Source of the DNA: Gordius albopunctatus
Taxonomy: Eukaryota
Direction: 5' to 3'
NCBI GenBank assembly: GCA_964276515.1
Contig: OZ193909.1
Coordinates: 18,290,001-18,354,000, forward strand
DNA length: 64,000 bases
This document shows positions 23,401 through 34,444 of the stretch, piece after piece. The position numbers were made by a program, and so were the translations under genes. Below the pieces are notes generated by a model, which searched no databases, was not told where the DNA came from, and worked only from the letters and a program-made list of their open reading frames with translations. The number at the start of each line of letters is the position of its first letter. Within the stretch, counting starts at the first letter, position 1.

Positions 23401-26400
23401 TAAAAAATCGACAAATTCGTCTTTGCACAATTAAACTCTTTATAAAAAACTAGATAAGCCCGGCAAACGTTGTTTTGCCATATACATTATGTCTGACAAA
23501 TTAACTAACTTACTATAACTGGTTGGGGATATTTTTTGCAGAAGTTTTATCTAAATTGTAGTGTTATTTTTACAATCGATGGAAAGTAAACGTAAATAAC
23601 TAATTGCAGGTAAAGAGTTTGTCGGGGAATGCAGGGGAGAGAAAACTTTTTATTTATTGTTTCCTGGGGGGTTGTTGATCTATCGGTTATATTTTCTTAA
23701 CCACTCTTAAATAATACTTTTTTTATCATTCGCATCACTTTGTCATATATGGAAAAATTAAGACAGAATTAAGGTGGATAAATTTTAGCTTTAGCGCCAT
23801 CTGTACATACTATAAAAAATGTTAAAAATATTTAAAAAAAAGTAAAAAATTTAAATAAGAAAATTTAAAACTACCAAATTTTTTTTTAAAAACTCAACTA
23901 ATAAAACTGGCAACAAAATTAATGAGCTGCCATTATTATCACATGGCCATAGAAGCATATAATTTATTTGGGGACACCACCTTGAAAATAAGAACGTATT
24001 ATATAAAAAATACAAATGTCACACGTATGGGGGCGATGTGGGATCAAATAAGTCAGACAAATTATCATAAGTAAATTGGTTTGTCTTATTATATATACAC
24101 TAAAAATAGCGGGTTCATAAAATCCATGACGTGATAAAATTCGTGCCCCATTTCAATATATAAAATGTATAAGTCTAATATTTATTTTTAATAATATTAA
24201 ATTAATCCTATAAATAAGTAATACATATTTCTACTTATATTCTAACTTTCCTGACGTCATTATTGTATATGATGCTCTTAACGAAACTGGCCGGGAAATG
24301 TCAGATATTTTTAAAACTAAAAGGAATTTTAGGATTCTGAAAAAGCTATTTTACCCCTGGCCGTCCTGGGCATCTACGGTTAAATTTTCGCGCGAATCGG
24401 GGCGGTAGTTTCAGAATTTAGATACACACATACATACATAGACTTTACTTTATATATATAGATTAGATAATATGCTGATAGTAAGGAGTTATGTGATAAT
24501 AAAAATGTTTTATCCAGTAGCGTAGCTAGCCTTTTTGCCTTGGGGGGGGGGGGCTGAGCTGGTCAAGCCATAAGGGGGGGGGGCAAAAAAATTCTGCAAA
24601 AAGAAATTTCTTCTGCCCGAGCCCGATTTTTCAATTTTTATTTTGCCCGGCCCGAAAGAAATTTTTAATTTTGGCCCGAGCCCGACCCGATTTTTCAAAT
24701 AAAATTTCGAAAAAATTATATTTTTCAAATTTTTTTCACCATCTAAATATAAAATGCATTAGATTTTTATTACTCGTAATTTACAACTAGGATAAGTTTG
24801 AAATAAAAAATCCACTTTCACTCGTTAAAATATATTCAGCTAATAATTTAAAGCTAAAAATATAACTTTATAAAATATATTTTTTACAGTTCCAAATAAA
24901 AAACTTTTTGAACTATTTACTTCTCTTATTTCTAAAGTTGTAACTTCTATGAATCTATTTAAATAATAGAATAATATTTGCATTTCATGTCGGTTATATT
25001 ATAACAGACAAGGGAAAAGAGCTGAAGTTTGAGAGCTATATAATGTACGCTGTGCCAAGATATTGAATTTATTTAAATTCTATTTTATAAAAGATTAATT
25101 TGCTTTAGTTCAATTCGAGCCGGGCTCGGGCCTCAGATCGAGCCGCCACATCAGGCCCGACCCGAGCCCGAGGCCCCATTATTTTATGAAATTTTGGGGC
25201 CGGGTCGGGCTTCAGGCGGCCCGTGCAGGGCTCTAACTACATATACCCTTAAAAATTCCCCCCCCCCTTAATCCAAAACCTGAATACGACCATGGGTCAA
25301 ACGCAAATTAAGAATTTTTCTCTCATAAACGTTGGGCAAACTTAAAATCCCGCTACTAATTTGTGTATTTTATCTAATAACATCACACTAGTATGTCTTA
25401 GACCCGTATGTATCTAGGAATCTAGGTTATAAAATAATGAAAATTTATTCATAAATAAAACAAAGTAATGTAGTTGAAACAACATAAATTTCACTTTGTA
25501 TAATAAGTTTGTGTATAAATGATTGTAAGGGCACAAAGTGGAACGGGGATATTGACAGAAATCGTTGACATTTTAAAAAATAATACAAATATTAAAAAAA
25601 CTATATAAAAAAGGTTTTATAAAAATTATTATTGCCAAAACCCCAAAAAATCTTGGCCATATATATAACATTTTATAATTTTACATATACAATATTGGCA
25701 GCATTTATATCATGAAAACAATGAGAACATTTAAAAGCCTTTTTAGGCTAGATGCTCGAAAGGCGTAATTATAACATAAATATGGAAAAAAATTAATTAT
25801 GAAATTAAAATTCGTTCAAGAATGAGTATTTAGAAGTTATTGCCCTGATGATATTATAGATATATTCGCACAACCGCCCCCCCCCCCTTTAAATCACCTA
25901 AAAATTAAAATAAACAAATTTTACGGCTAAATTAACCTTAAAAATATTCTGTCAAAATTAAATGAATCAAAACTTTACTTAATAATTATAGATGAAATTA
26001 GATATCTGAGATGCACAGAACAACTTAGCGTTTTTGTACATTTCGTATGAATCCTAGGCACATCAAAAGGATTTTTTTTTGTGATTTTTATCCCTTAAAA
26101 GTCTTGATGCGTTAACAATTGTCTATATAAATCAGGAATTTGTTATTAATATTAATTTATCAAACTTTTGATGGGAGATCCCTAATAAAAGGGAAAAAAT
26201 GGTGTACAAACTGTTTTTTGGAAAATCATTGGCTTTATGAGTGCATGTGGTACATAAAAATTTTTTTTTTAAATTGACATCCTTTATTAAATAAAAAGTA
26301 TTAAATATTGAGCGGAATTGTTTAAAAGATACAAGAACGAAAAAATTTATATAAAAAAATGATTAAAACTCAATATCCGTTTCTTCATCTTTGAGAATGG

Positions 26401-29400
26401 GCATTGAATCCATCAAAGAATAAAAATTAGATTTAGCGATCGCGATGGCAATTGATTGTCGTAGTAAAAAACTATTCGATATTTTACAAGGGGCGAGCGT
26501 TTATTGAGTTCTTTAAAAAAATTAAAGCGCTCTTCCCAAATGTCCCTGAGCACGATGAGACGATAGGAATAAAAATCGAGTTTTGGGATAAAGCTGAATA
26601 TTTTAAGGATTTACGATGCTCTGCCGATCCAAGGGGGTCGTGAGTATCGTTGGAGGGGGCAAAAAGGTCTATACAGGTGTAGTCCCATTTTAAGAAAAGG
26701 CCTTTGTCCCATGGGATAAGGGACGAACCGTCCGGGCGCATCCGCCCTTCGAGAGAGGGATCTGAAGGTTCAAGGATCGAAGGGACTTTTGCCCGTTTGA
26801 GGGCAGCTTGAAGTAGTGTATTTATTTTTTGGTGCCTACCATACCGGCTTTTATTAAATTTACAATGCAGAGGGTGACGTGCTTCCTCATCTACAAGTGA
26901 ATTACAAAGCCGGCAGGGGTATGAAGACGTGTATTTACAGCCCAAGCGGAGGGCTATATTGTAGGAGAGGGTAGGATTCTCCAAAAACATACTAGGGTAA
27001 GCTTCAAGCCATTCATGTCCGGAATGACCTAAGGTTGCAATGCTGTTTGGCGTCGCATGTCGAGAAAAGGTAAGCAACGGACCGCGACACCAAGCTTGCA
27101 TCCAAATCTTTTTGAACGTATGATTGTGGTATATTAGCTCCTACATTGACGTTCTCATTCCATAAGGATAGGGCTTGATTTATGGAGGGATTAAGTGGGA
27201 ATGGGACAAGGTCGTTGATATGATGTTTAAAAGATAGAGAGGAAGAAATAAAGGCGGCTAGGGAAATCGCAGATGGGGAGCGAATACCAAGGCCACCGGA
27301 TTTTGTGGGAAGTGTGGCTTGAAGCCAAGTATTGGTGTTAAAGGAAATATTTAAAATTGATTCAAGAGTGGATTTAAAAAAGTTTTCATAGTCGTGTAAA
27401 ACTTCTTTAAATAAAAAAGCTTGCGTAGAGCGGAAGCAGAATAAAATTTTGCTAATGTTGTAATAATTTTTTATAATATAAAAAGAATGATGAGATGGCA
27501 TAGATTTAAAAATGTCTAATTTGGTTTTTAAAGAAGAGAGATTTTTGTCTAAAATTTTTTTAAGGCACTGGGGTCCCCCGATAGGTGCGCCTAAAACATA
27601 CAAACTGTCTTTTTTAATTTTGGCAAAGTCAAAAAACTTTGGGTGAATATTATCCAAGTCAGAATATATTTCACTTTTAGAGGCGTTTAAACATAAGTTT
27701 AGAGTGGGGAAAAAAGCATGTATTACATCTAGTGCTTGGGCTAGGTTGTCAGGGGTCCCAACAAGAGTGGCGTCATCAAGATACCAGACATTAAGAGTAA
27801 GTTTACAGTGTTTGTTAATTTCGTTAATTAGGTGATTTATGGCCAAGCAGAATAAAGGGGGGCCTAGAGGATCGCCTTGTTGGATCCCTTCTGCGGATTC
27901 GATGAAGAATTCTCAAAATTTCAAAATCGAAGGGCATCCATAACTTAAAATGATGTAGTTGGTGTAGTGGGGAAACAGTTTGATAAATTCATTAATGAAG
28001 GCAGTGCGTAGAATGCTGTTGAAAGCATTTTTAAAATCCAGTTTTATAAAGGAGTCACCCGGTGGGAGGTGTTCCAGGGCTAAGCGTGCGGCATGGGTAG
28101 CTATCTCGCACCCTCCTTTGACCCCAAAGCCTAGTTGATGCGGAATTAAAGTTGGGGTCAATATTGGTTTGATCGCCGAGCAAATTAATTTAGAAATAAT
28201 TCTTCGAAAAACACCGCCGATAGCGATAGGCCTGGCTGAATTGTCGGCCTNNNNNNNNNNNNNNNNNNNNNNNNNNNNNNNNNNNNNNNNNNNNNNNNNN
28301 NNNNNNNNNNNNNNNNNNNNNNNNNNNNNNNNNNNNNNNNNNNNNNNNNNNNNNNNNNNNNNNNNNNNNNNNNNNNNNNNNNNNNNNNNNNNNNNNNNNN
28401 NNNNNNNNNNNNNNNNNNNNNNNNNNNNNNNNNNNNNNNNNNNNNNNNNNGTTAATAAAATAGTGATAAGAAATGTATAAATGATTGAAATACTGTAAGT
28501 GGTTTCTAGGTTATTAAGTAGAGGGTTCAGTTTGCTTTGAATAGTAGTGATGATGTTAGAGAGAAAGATTGGGTGAGGTAATTGTTTGTTTTTTTGTAAA
28601 GAGTTTCTGAGTAAATGAATGTTTGCTTTGAATAGTAGGGATCAAGTTGAAAATAATGGGTGTGGTTGTGAGTCTTTCTCAGTAATTTGCTTGATTGTTG
28701 TTTGAATGTTTGGACTTCTTAATGTTGTTGAGCTGAAACTTTGGGGGATAGACACTTGCATGTGTTGGATGCAATGTGAATAGGAATAGATGCCATAGTG
28801 GATAAAGTGGATTGATAGCAATTTTTTATATTGGTTATAATGAATTGAATAGATTGGTTAAATGATTTGAAGTGTAAATCTTTATGAGACAAATGTAGTA
28901 TGTCTTAATTTGGAATCATTGGATAGATATTAAGGGATTTATGGATTGTTATATAAAGTTGTAAGAAGAATATGGTTTAGATCCAAACTTGCACCATACC
29001 AAAAATTAAGGGCACTAATGTAGTTCCAAAATCATGACATAAATAAGGTTTGTATAAATATGATAAACTTTTTTATGATGACTATATTACTCTTATAGCC
29101 CGGTTATTATAATTTATAATAATTTTAAGAGGTTATATAGATTTGGTAATGTAATAAATCATAATGATTTGATAACGATGTCATTCATTTGGAAGCATGA
29201 ATTATTGGCTTTATGAGTGCATGTGGTACATAAAAATATGCAAGATATGTTAAACAATAAGCATGCGAGATGGGCAATTAAATTGAATCCAGGATGGAAT
29301 TTTCGTAAATTTAATAATATTTTAATATATTTTGAAAGTGTTAAAAAGTTTAAAATCCCACATAATTTTTCATTAAATATTTATATTATCATCCGGGGAA

Positions 29401-32400
29401 TAAAGATTTATAAAGCAATGTTCTAAGCTCAATAAAGCTAAGGAAGATAACCTATCTTGTCCAATTATAAAACGATAATAGTTTTAATCCATTTTAGCAA
29501 TGAGAACGATCCTTCGCACGAGCATAAAGTTATTAGGATAGTTAAAATTATTTAATCAAAATAAAAAAATTTAAAAACATTATTGGGGCAAAATTTTAAT
29601 AAGTGGAAAAAAATCATTGCATTTTATTTTATTCGAAGTAAAAAATTATAATATATTACATTATTTTTTTCCATTGTTATTTCTACATCTGGCAGTGTTA
29701 ATTCATAATGGTAAATTACTTCTAATAAAAGAGATTTATCGCAAAAAAGGGGATGAGGGGTTTAATCTTCCATGGACCTAGCCAAGGGAGGGGGCTGCCC
29801 CTTCTAAATCCAAAAAGTTGTTAAAATTTATCAAAATTATGGCTAAAATTTGAAAAAATGATCATTTTGCCCTTGCCTAAATCATTATAGCCCCCCTCTA
29901 ATTCAAATGCTGACTAAGCCCATGAAACCCTCTAAGGACCTATATTACAATTAATTTCCGAAAATCTAATGTTTAATTCTGCTACTACTCTATCGATGAT
30001 CGGATATTATAAATCAATTTTGAAATCAATTAATGAATTGGTAGATTAAAAGAGTAAAAAGTGTTATACTTTTTTGGTTTTATAATACGTTTAGAAGGTA
30101 CTAAATCAAAAATTGAAGGTAACTCTTTCGCCTTATTATAAAGAATTCGATAGTAATCCTCATTTCTAATATCATTTGAAGCTAATATTAGGCTATAAAC
30201 CGTTGAATTGCATTTATTAAACAAATATCTGGGCTTTATATTAAAATTAAAAGTTATATTCAAAAACAATTAATTATAATCTTCATATGTTTCTTAATTA
30301 AAATAAAATAATGGCGCACGGGGCCCAAGATTTTTCGCTTGGGGGGGGGCCCATGGGGCCCGGTTTTTGCTCTTGGGTGGGCCCGGGCCCCCTGCCCTCC
30401 CTAGCTATGCCACTGGTTTTATCGTCTTTATTGCAAAGAGCATGTGACTAATTTTAAGCCCTTAAGACAGTCTAAAAACTAATGTTACAATGAAAAGCGT
30501 CCCGCTAATAGACCATTACATTTTCATATGTTTGATTAGGTGATCAAAACTTAAAATTATGTTTGAAATAATCATGAGCAATATAAATGTTTATTAACTT
30601 TGTGTTTGAAATTTTAGATAAATACTAGAAGATCTCAAAAATTATGCTTTGCGACACTATGAAAACAAAGTTACTTAGGTTAAAAGGGTAAAGGTTGGTG
30701 CTATTACTTATGGCCTAGTTCGTGTGCAATTGTGCTAGCATAGCTATTGAAAGTGCCTCGAACGATGGCTACCGAATATTCACGGCAAACTGATCCTACC
30801 ATGGCCAAGCCTGCCCAGAAAATGATAAAAAATTCACTTGTACATATATTGGAGATAATATAAACTGTCATTTCTCATCTCATGAAAATGAAATGTACTA
30901 ATTTCATCACACTGGATTGTTATGTCAAAACTGAACATTAGCATAATCTTGACTAGCTAAGGCAAAACTTATTAGTTTGTAGGAAAATAATTGAAATGGA
31001 TGAATGTGCTTATTATTGAATTTGCAAAGCTCAGTGGAACTATATCGATCAAATTTTTAAAATAAAATTCACGGTAAACATCAAATATAATATTTAAGAA
31101 GATTTAGAACATCACATATAATCACCTGTAAGAGATCCCGTTCTGCGACCTTTATCATCTCTGCTATAAAATAATGACCTAAATAAACATGCAAATGTAA
31201 AAATCACATATTATTATAGATAGCCATTAAAATGTAAATACTAAGACAAATACTATTAAACTAATTAAGAAAAGTTTATTTGCAGAGAGCTTGAGATATT
31301 ATATTTTGGCAAATAAATAGCTTAAGAGGAAATAAATGTTTATTACTGTTTTTCTAAAAATATTATATATATTTAACGAGTACTGAGACTTGTAGGACTG
31401 CATTTAAGTACAAACTTTATATTAGATTAGAGTAGACAAGAATGACGTACAAATTTTTAACGATAGCCAACACTATGCATTAAATTACTAAATTGATTTT
31501 ACTGAAGATCGAACTTTAAATGAATTTTGTTGAACTTTACAACTTTTCTATGGAATTACTTCATTAAAAAGATAGCCGAATGCCATCTCTTGGAAGCCGG
31601 TAATCTGACTAACTTGTCATGAGCAAATCTTTTGAATATTGATATTAATGTATTCGCATTATAATTTCTATATTCCTAAAGAGCGCATAAATATAAAAAA
31701 AATTGCATTTTAAAATAAAAATTAATTTGTAAAACAAAAAAATCATGTAGATTGACCTCAAAATAAATATATAAATTACTCGGATAGTTTCATAGTAGAC
31801 AACTTCAACGTTCACTATAATTCCTAAAGAAGGATTTGAGTAATAAGAGTTGACCTAATGGAGAGAAAGATAATTGTACTTTAATTTAAAATCATTTTTT
31901 TTATTAATATCTAAATTGTATTTTACACCAGCATTTTTAAAAATTATTATAATATTTTAACTTTTTTATAATTTATTAAAAGCCATGCACACTTGAGCTA
32001 ATATCTCTCTGCATTTTGCTTTGTCCAGCCCAGCAGTTCCTTCTACAAAAAATGCCACCTTCAAATGCAATTGTCGATTGTAATTCTGACTGATTAAGGC
32101 TTTTGAATCAACTTCAATAAGGTCCGGCTTAAGGTAATTAATTACGTCTAGAAATCAAATTAAATTTCTTTAAAGTTATAATTATAAATTATCGCTCAAA
32201 TATATTGGTAAAAAAGCACCAGATGACATTCAAACAGGAATAAAAAATGAATGAAATATAATCTTAAATTAACTGAATACGATAAAAATATTATAAACGT
32301 GCCCTTTATGCATAGGCGTAGCCAACTTTGAAATTAGAGGGGGGAGCAATAATGATCTAGGAAGGAGTAAAATGATCATATTTTGAAATGTTATCCATAA

Positions 32401-33700
32401 TTGTAATAAATTTCAAAAAATTTTTGGATTTATAAAGGGTCAGCCTCTCTTCCCTGTCCCCCCAGCTACGCCCATGCTTTTATTTTATGAGTATGGATGC
32501 ATGAGTCACTTAACACCCCTTAGGTCAGTATGAGCCTTAGACTTAGAGTTATGCAAAATGAATTTTCTCCCGGCTCGACCCGAGCGGCCCCACCCAAGAC
32601 AGGCCAAGTATTTAATTTTAGCAAAAATAAAAACTATATTAAAGGCAGGGATAGCCCATGTTTGAGTTGCAAAATTATTGTTTCAACATTAAATTAGTCG
32701 CTTACCCTCATCAGATATATCAGAAACGTATAAATCATTGTGGTCTCCAGTGGTGGGTAAAGTATATTTAGCTAGAACTAACTCTTTAACCAAGGGATTA
32801 ATATTGCTAACATTTTGGTTCAAGTTATCTAATATAGTAGCCATTAGAATTGGATTATCATTATTGATTTGGAGAATGTGTTCAAAAAGATCTCCTCCAT
32901 TGAAGCTATCACCAGAAACTCCATATGAGGGGTGAAATTGCATTTTGTAAACACTGGATCCCAATACTAATACTCCATTCTAAATGGGTAACAATAGCGT
33001 AATTAATTATAAAAAATTTAGATTATTATATTTTTAAAATATCTTTAAATAAGTAATTTTAAAACTTAAACCCTTTTTTTGTTACAATATTATATATTTA
33101 TATAAAATAAGAGATTATTTAATAGATTATATTTATTTTGTCTTAAAATGATTATTCTTTTTTTAGTTTTAAACCAAAAAGTGGCTGACTTACGAGATCT
33201 GTGCAAAATGAGATGAGAAAATGACTTCCTGGTATGTCCTTTAAGTGTCCGGAAAAAAGACAAGAAATGTTTGGGTTATCTTTCAATTGGGGATAGACCG
33301 TTGTTATATCACTGTCCATTATCAATTCCAATATTGTGCCATCAACTTCGATTTTTAAATTTTCCAATTCTTGTCGGGCCCTAAATAATGGTTCATCTAA
33401 GACAAAAATAATTAAAAACATAAATATTTTCATAAATAAATATACTAGTGTGTTTTAGATTAATATTTAACGTAAATAAAAATAATGTTTAATGGAAAAT
33501 TAATTTATTACCACCGAGATCTAAAATCCCTTCTTGGAAAATTGGCTTTACTTCATTCTTCTAAAAAGTGAAATTTTTAGAAATAAAATTGCAAATTATA
33601 AATACATACCTGAAATGGGTTTTTAGAAAGCGAACTTAAATTGATAGTCACCGCTAAGAGAAATAGCTCTGTGAGAAATTTTGAAGCCAGTTTAGGCGAC
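20495..33700 (-). CDS. M12B/reprolysin zinc metalloprotease, ADAMTS-like (prodomain, catalytic, disintegrin-like, short Cys-rich tail); 5' end incomplete
   Basis: Hand-built exons, all GT-AG and phase-compatible: 33610-33700, 33512-33560, 33194-33396, 32706-32979, 31993-32147, 31780-31854, 31560-31675, 31126-31178, 30708-30810, 23221-23343, 21824-22037, 21420-21530, 21111-21316, 20960-20993, 20678-20750, 20495-20628 (TAA). Motifs: CLFSG..ISFCTDLNG, NPSLG, GLAMVGSVC, IAHELGHNIGLPHD, Met-turn LMAP, WSACS, APNGTICGKDKMC. Confidence 0.9.
22490..22790. mobile_element. Foldback/MITE-like element with long inverted arms, intronic
   Basis: CATTAGAGTTCATACTGCGTACGCGCTGTTTACTAACACAT..CTCTCTCCCTTC (~22528-22582) mirrored at ~22667-22721; outer arms also complementary. 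Confidence 0.8.
23450..24462 (-). mobile_element. Non-autonomous Helitron, both ends present
   Basis: Minus strand A|TC start at 24462, CTAG|T end at 23450, GGCAAA-6nt-TTTGCC hairpin just upstream of the end, no TSD, (TATG)n near the 5' end. Confidence 0.85.
24612..25235. mobile_element. Nested hAT-type MITE fragment
   Basis: GCCCGA/GGCCC subterminal repeats ending TGCAGGGCTCTA, similar to the 7560-8726 termini; left end missing. Confidence 0.6.
26262..29203 (-). mobile_element. CRE-clade non-LTR retrotransposon with poly(A) tail and 34-bp flanking direct repeat
   Basis: RPIAIGGVFRR, QLGFGVKGGCE, KLDFKNAFN, QQGDPLGP, WYLDD, CRLC..HPLHC, RPDG..WDYT in frameshifted ORFs 26364-28250; T10 at 26261-26270; direct repeat at 26228-26261 and 29204-29237. 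Identity of 28451-29203 is unclear. Confidence 0.85.
28251..28450. other. Assembly gap (200 N)
   Basis: Run of N; true size unknown. Confidence 1.
29771..29924 (-). mobile_element. ~160-bp MITE, inverted copy
   Basis: CATGG...GCCCATG ends; reverse complement resembles 32311-32476 and 34284-34444. Confidence 0.7.
32311..32476 (+). mobile_element. ~160-bp hAT-like MITE, intronic
   Basis: TIR CATAGGCGTAGC/GCTACGCCCATG; degenerate 8-bp flanks CCTTTATG/CTTTTATT. Confidence 0.8.
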
Positions 33701-34283
33701 CTAATGAAAAAAATTAATTGTTTTAAATTTAATTATGATTCATTCCTGATAAAATTCGTTAAATTTAGGTAGTGATTAAAAACAAAAATTAGAAAAACCA
33801 TAAATTAGTGTTACAAACTATTTTTTTTACCAAATGTCTTGAAGCGTTAGTTTTTCACTATGTATAGGGTATAAAAAACTTGTTTAGGTTAATTTGTTCA
33901 GGAAAGTTAATTTTAAAATTTTTTATACAATAAAATTATTAAAAATGATTTGCAAATTAACAAACTATCAGTATCATGAGATTACCAGTAAGATGACGTT
34001 TTTATAAATACAAATTGTTACACTAAATAGATGAACAAGCCCCAGGCTTATATATATAAAGATAAAGGCAATTAAACTTCAAACAACTACATCATTATTA
34101 CCTCTTTTTCCACGAACCAATATCAACTTATTCAATGTTTGACAAGTCTTAACTAAATTTAACTTTTGTACGTGTATTTAAATAACAAAAATTTGTAGAA
34201 GGAAGAGATTTATCATTGCTACTTGTCAATTAATTCAAATCATCAAGCTTTTAATACAAATTTAGCAACTTGTAGTATATAAA

Positions 34284-34444
34284 CATGGGGGTAGCCAGCA
34301 TCCGAATTAGAGCTAATGATTTAGGGAAAGGCAAAATGATCATTTTTTGAAATTTTAGCCTTAATTTTAATAAATTTTAACAAATTTTTGGATTTAGAGG
34401 GGGGGGGCAGCCGATCCTCCCTGCCCCTCTTAGCTACGTTCATG
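34284..34444 (+). mobile_element. ~160-bp MITE, same family
   Basis: CATGGGGGTAGC...GCTACGTTCATG; internal AAAATGATCA..TTTTTGGATTTA shared with 32311-32476. Confidence 0.75.

Larger units (their letters stand above)
925..26193 (+). repeat. Segmental duplication, copy 1 (25.3 kb)
   Basis: Near-identical to 38726-64000; ORF track repeats at offsets 37801, 37837 and 37807. Confidence 0.98.
24515..30415. mobile_element. Composite hAT element spanning the assembly gap
   Basis: Termini CAGTAGCGTAGCTAG / CTAGCTATGCCACTG (13 of 15 complementary); exact TSD GTTTTATC (24507-24514, 30416-30423); decayed hAT transposase patches near 25990-26260 and 30030-30270. Confidence 0.85.

Noticed and set aside
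28169..28480. 103-aa ORF
   Set aside because: Reads through the N gap and is antisense to the CRE RT.
32500..32610. GC-rich intronic patch considered as an HDV-like ribozyme
   Set aside because: Could not build the nested double pseudoknot.
33831..33960. Possible first coding exon of the protease (phase-compatible donor at 33830)
   Set aside because: No convincing in-frame ATG or acceptor found; left out of the model.
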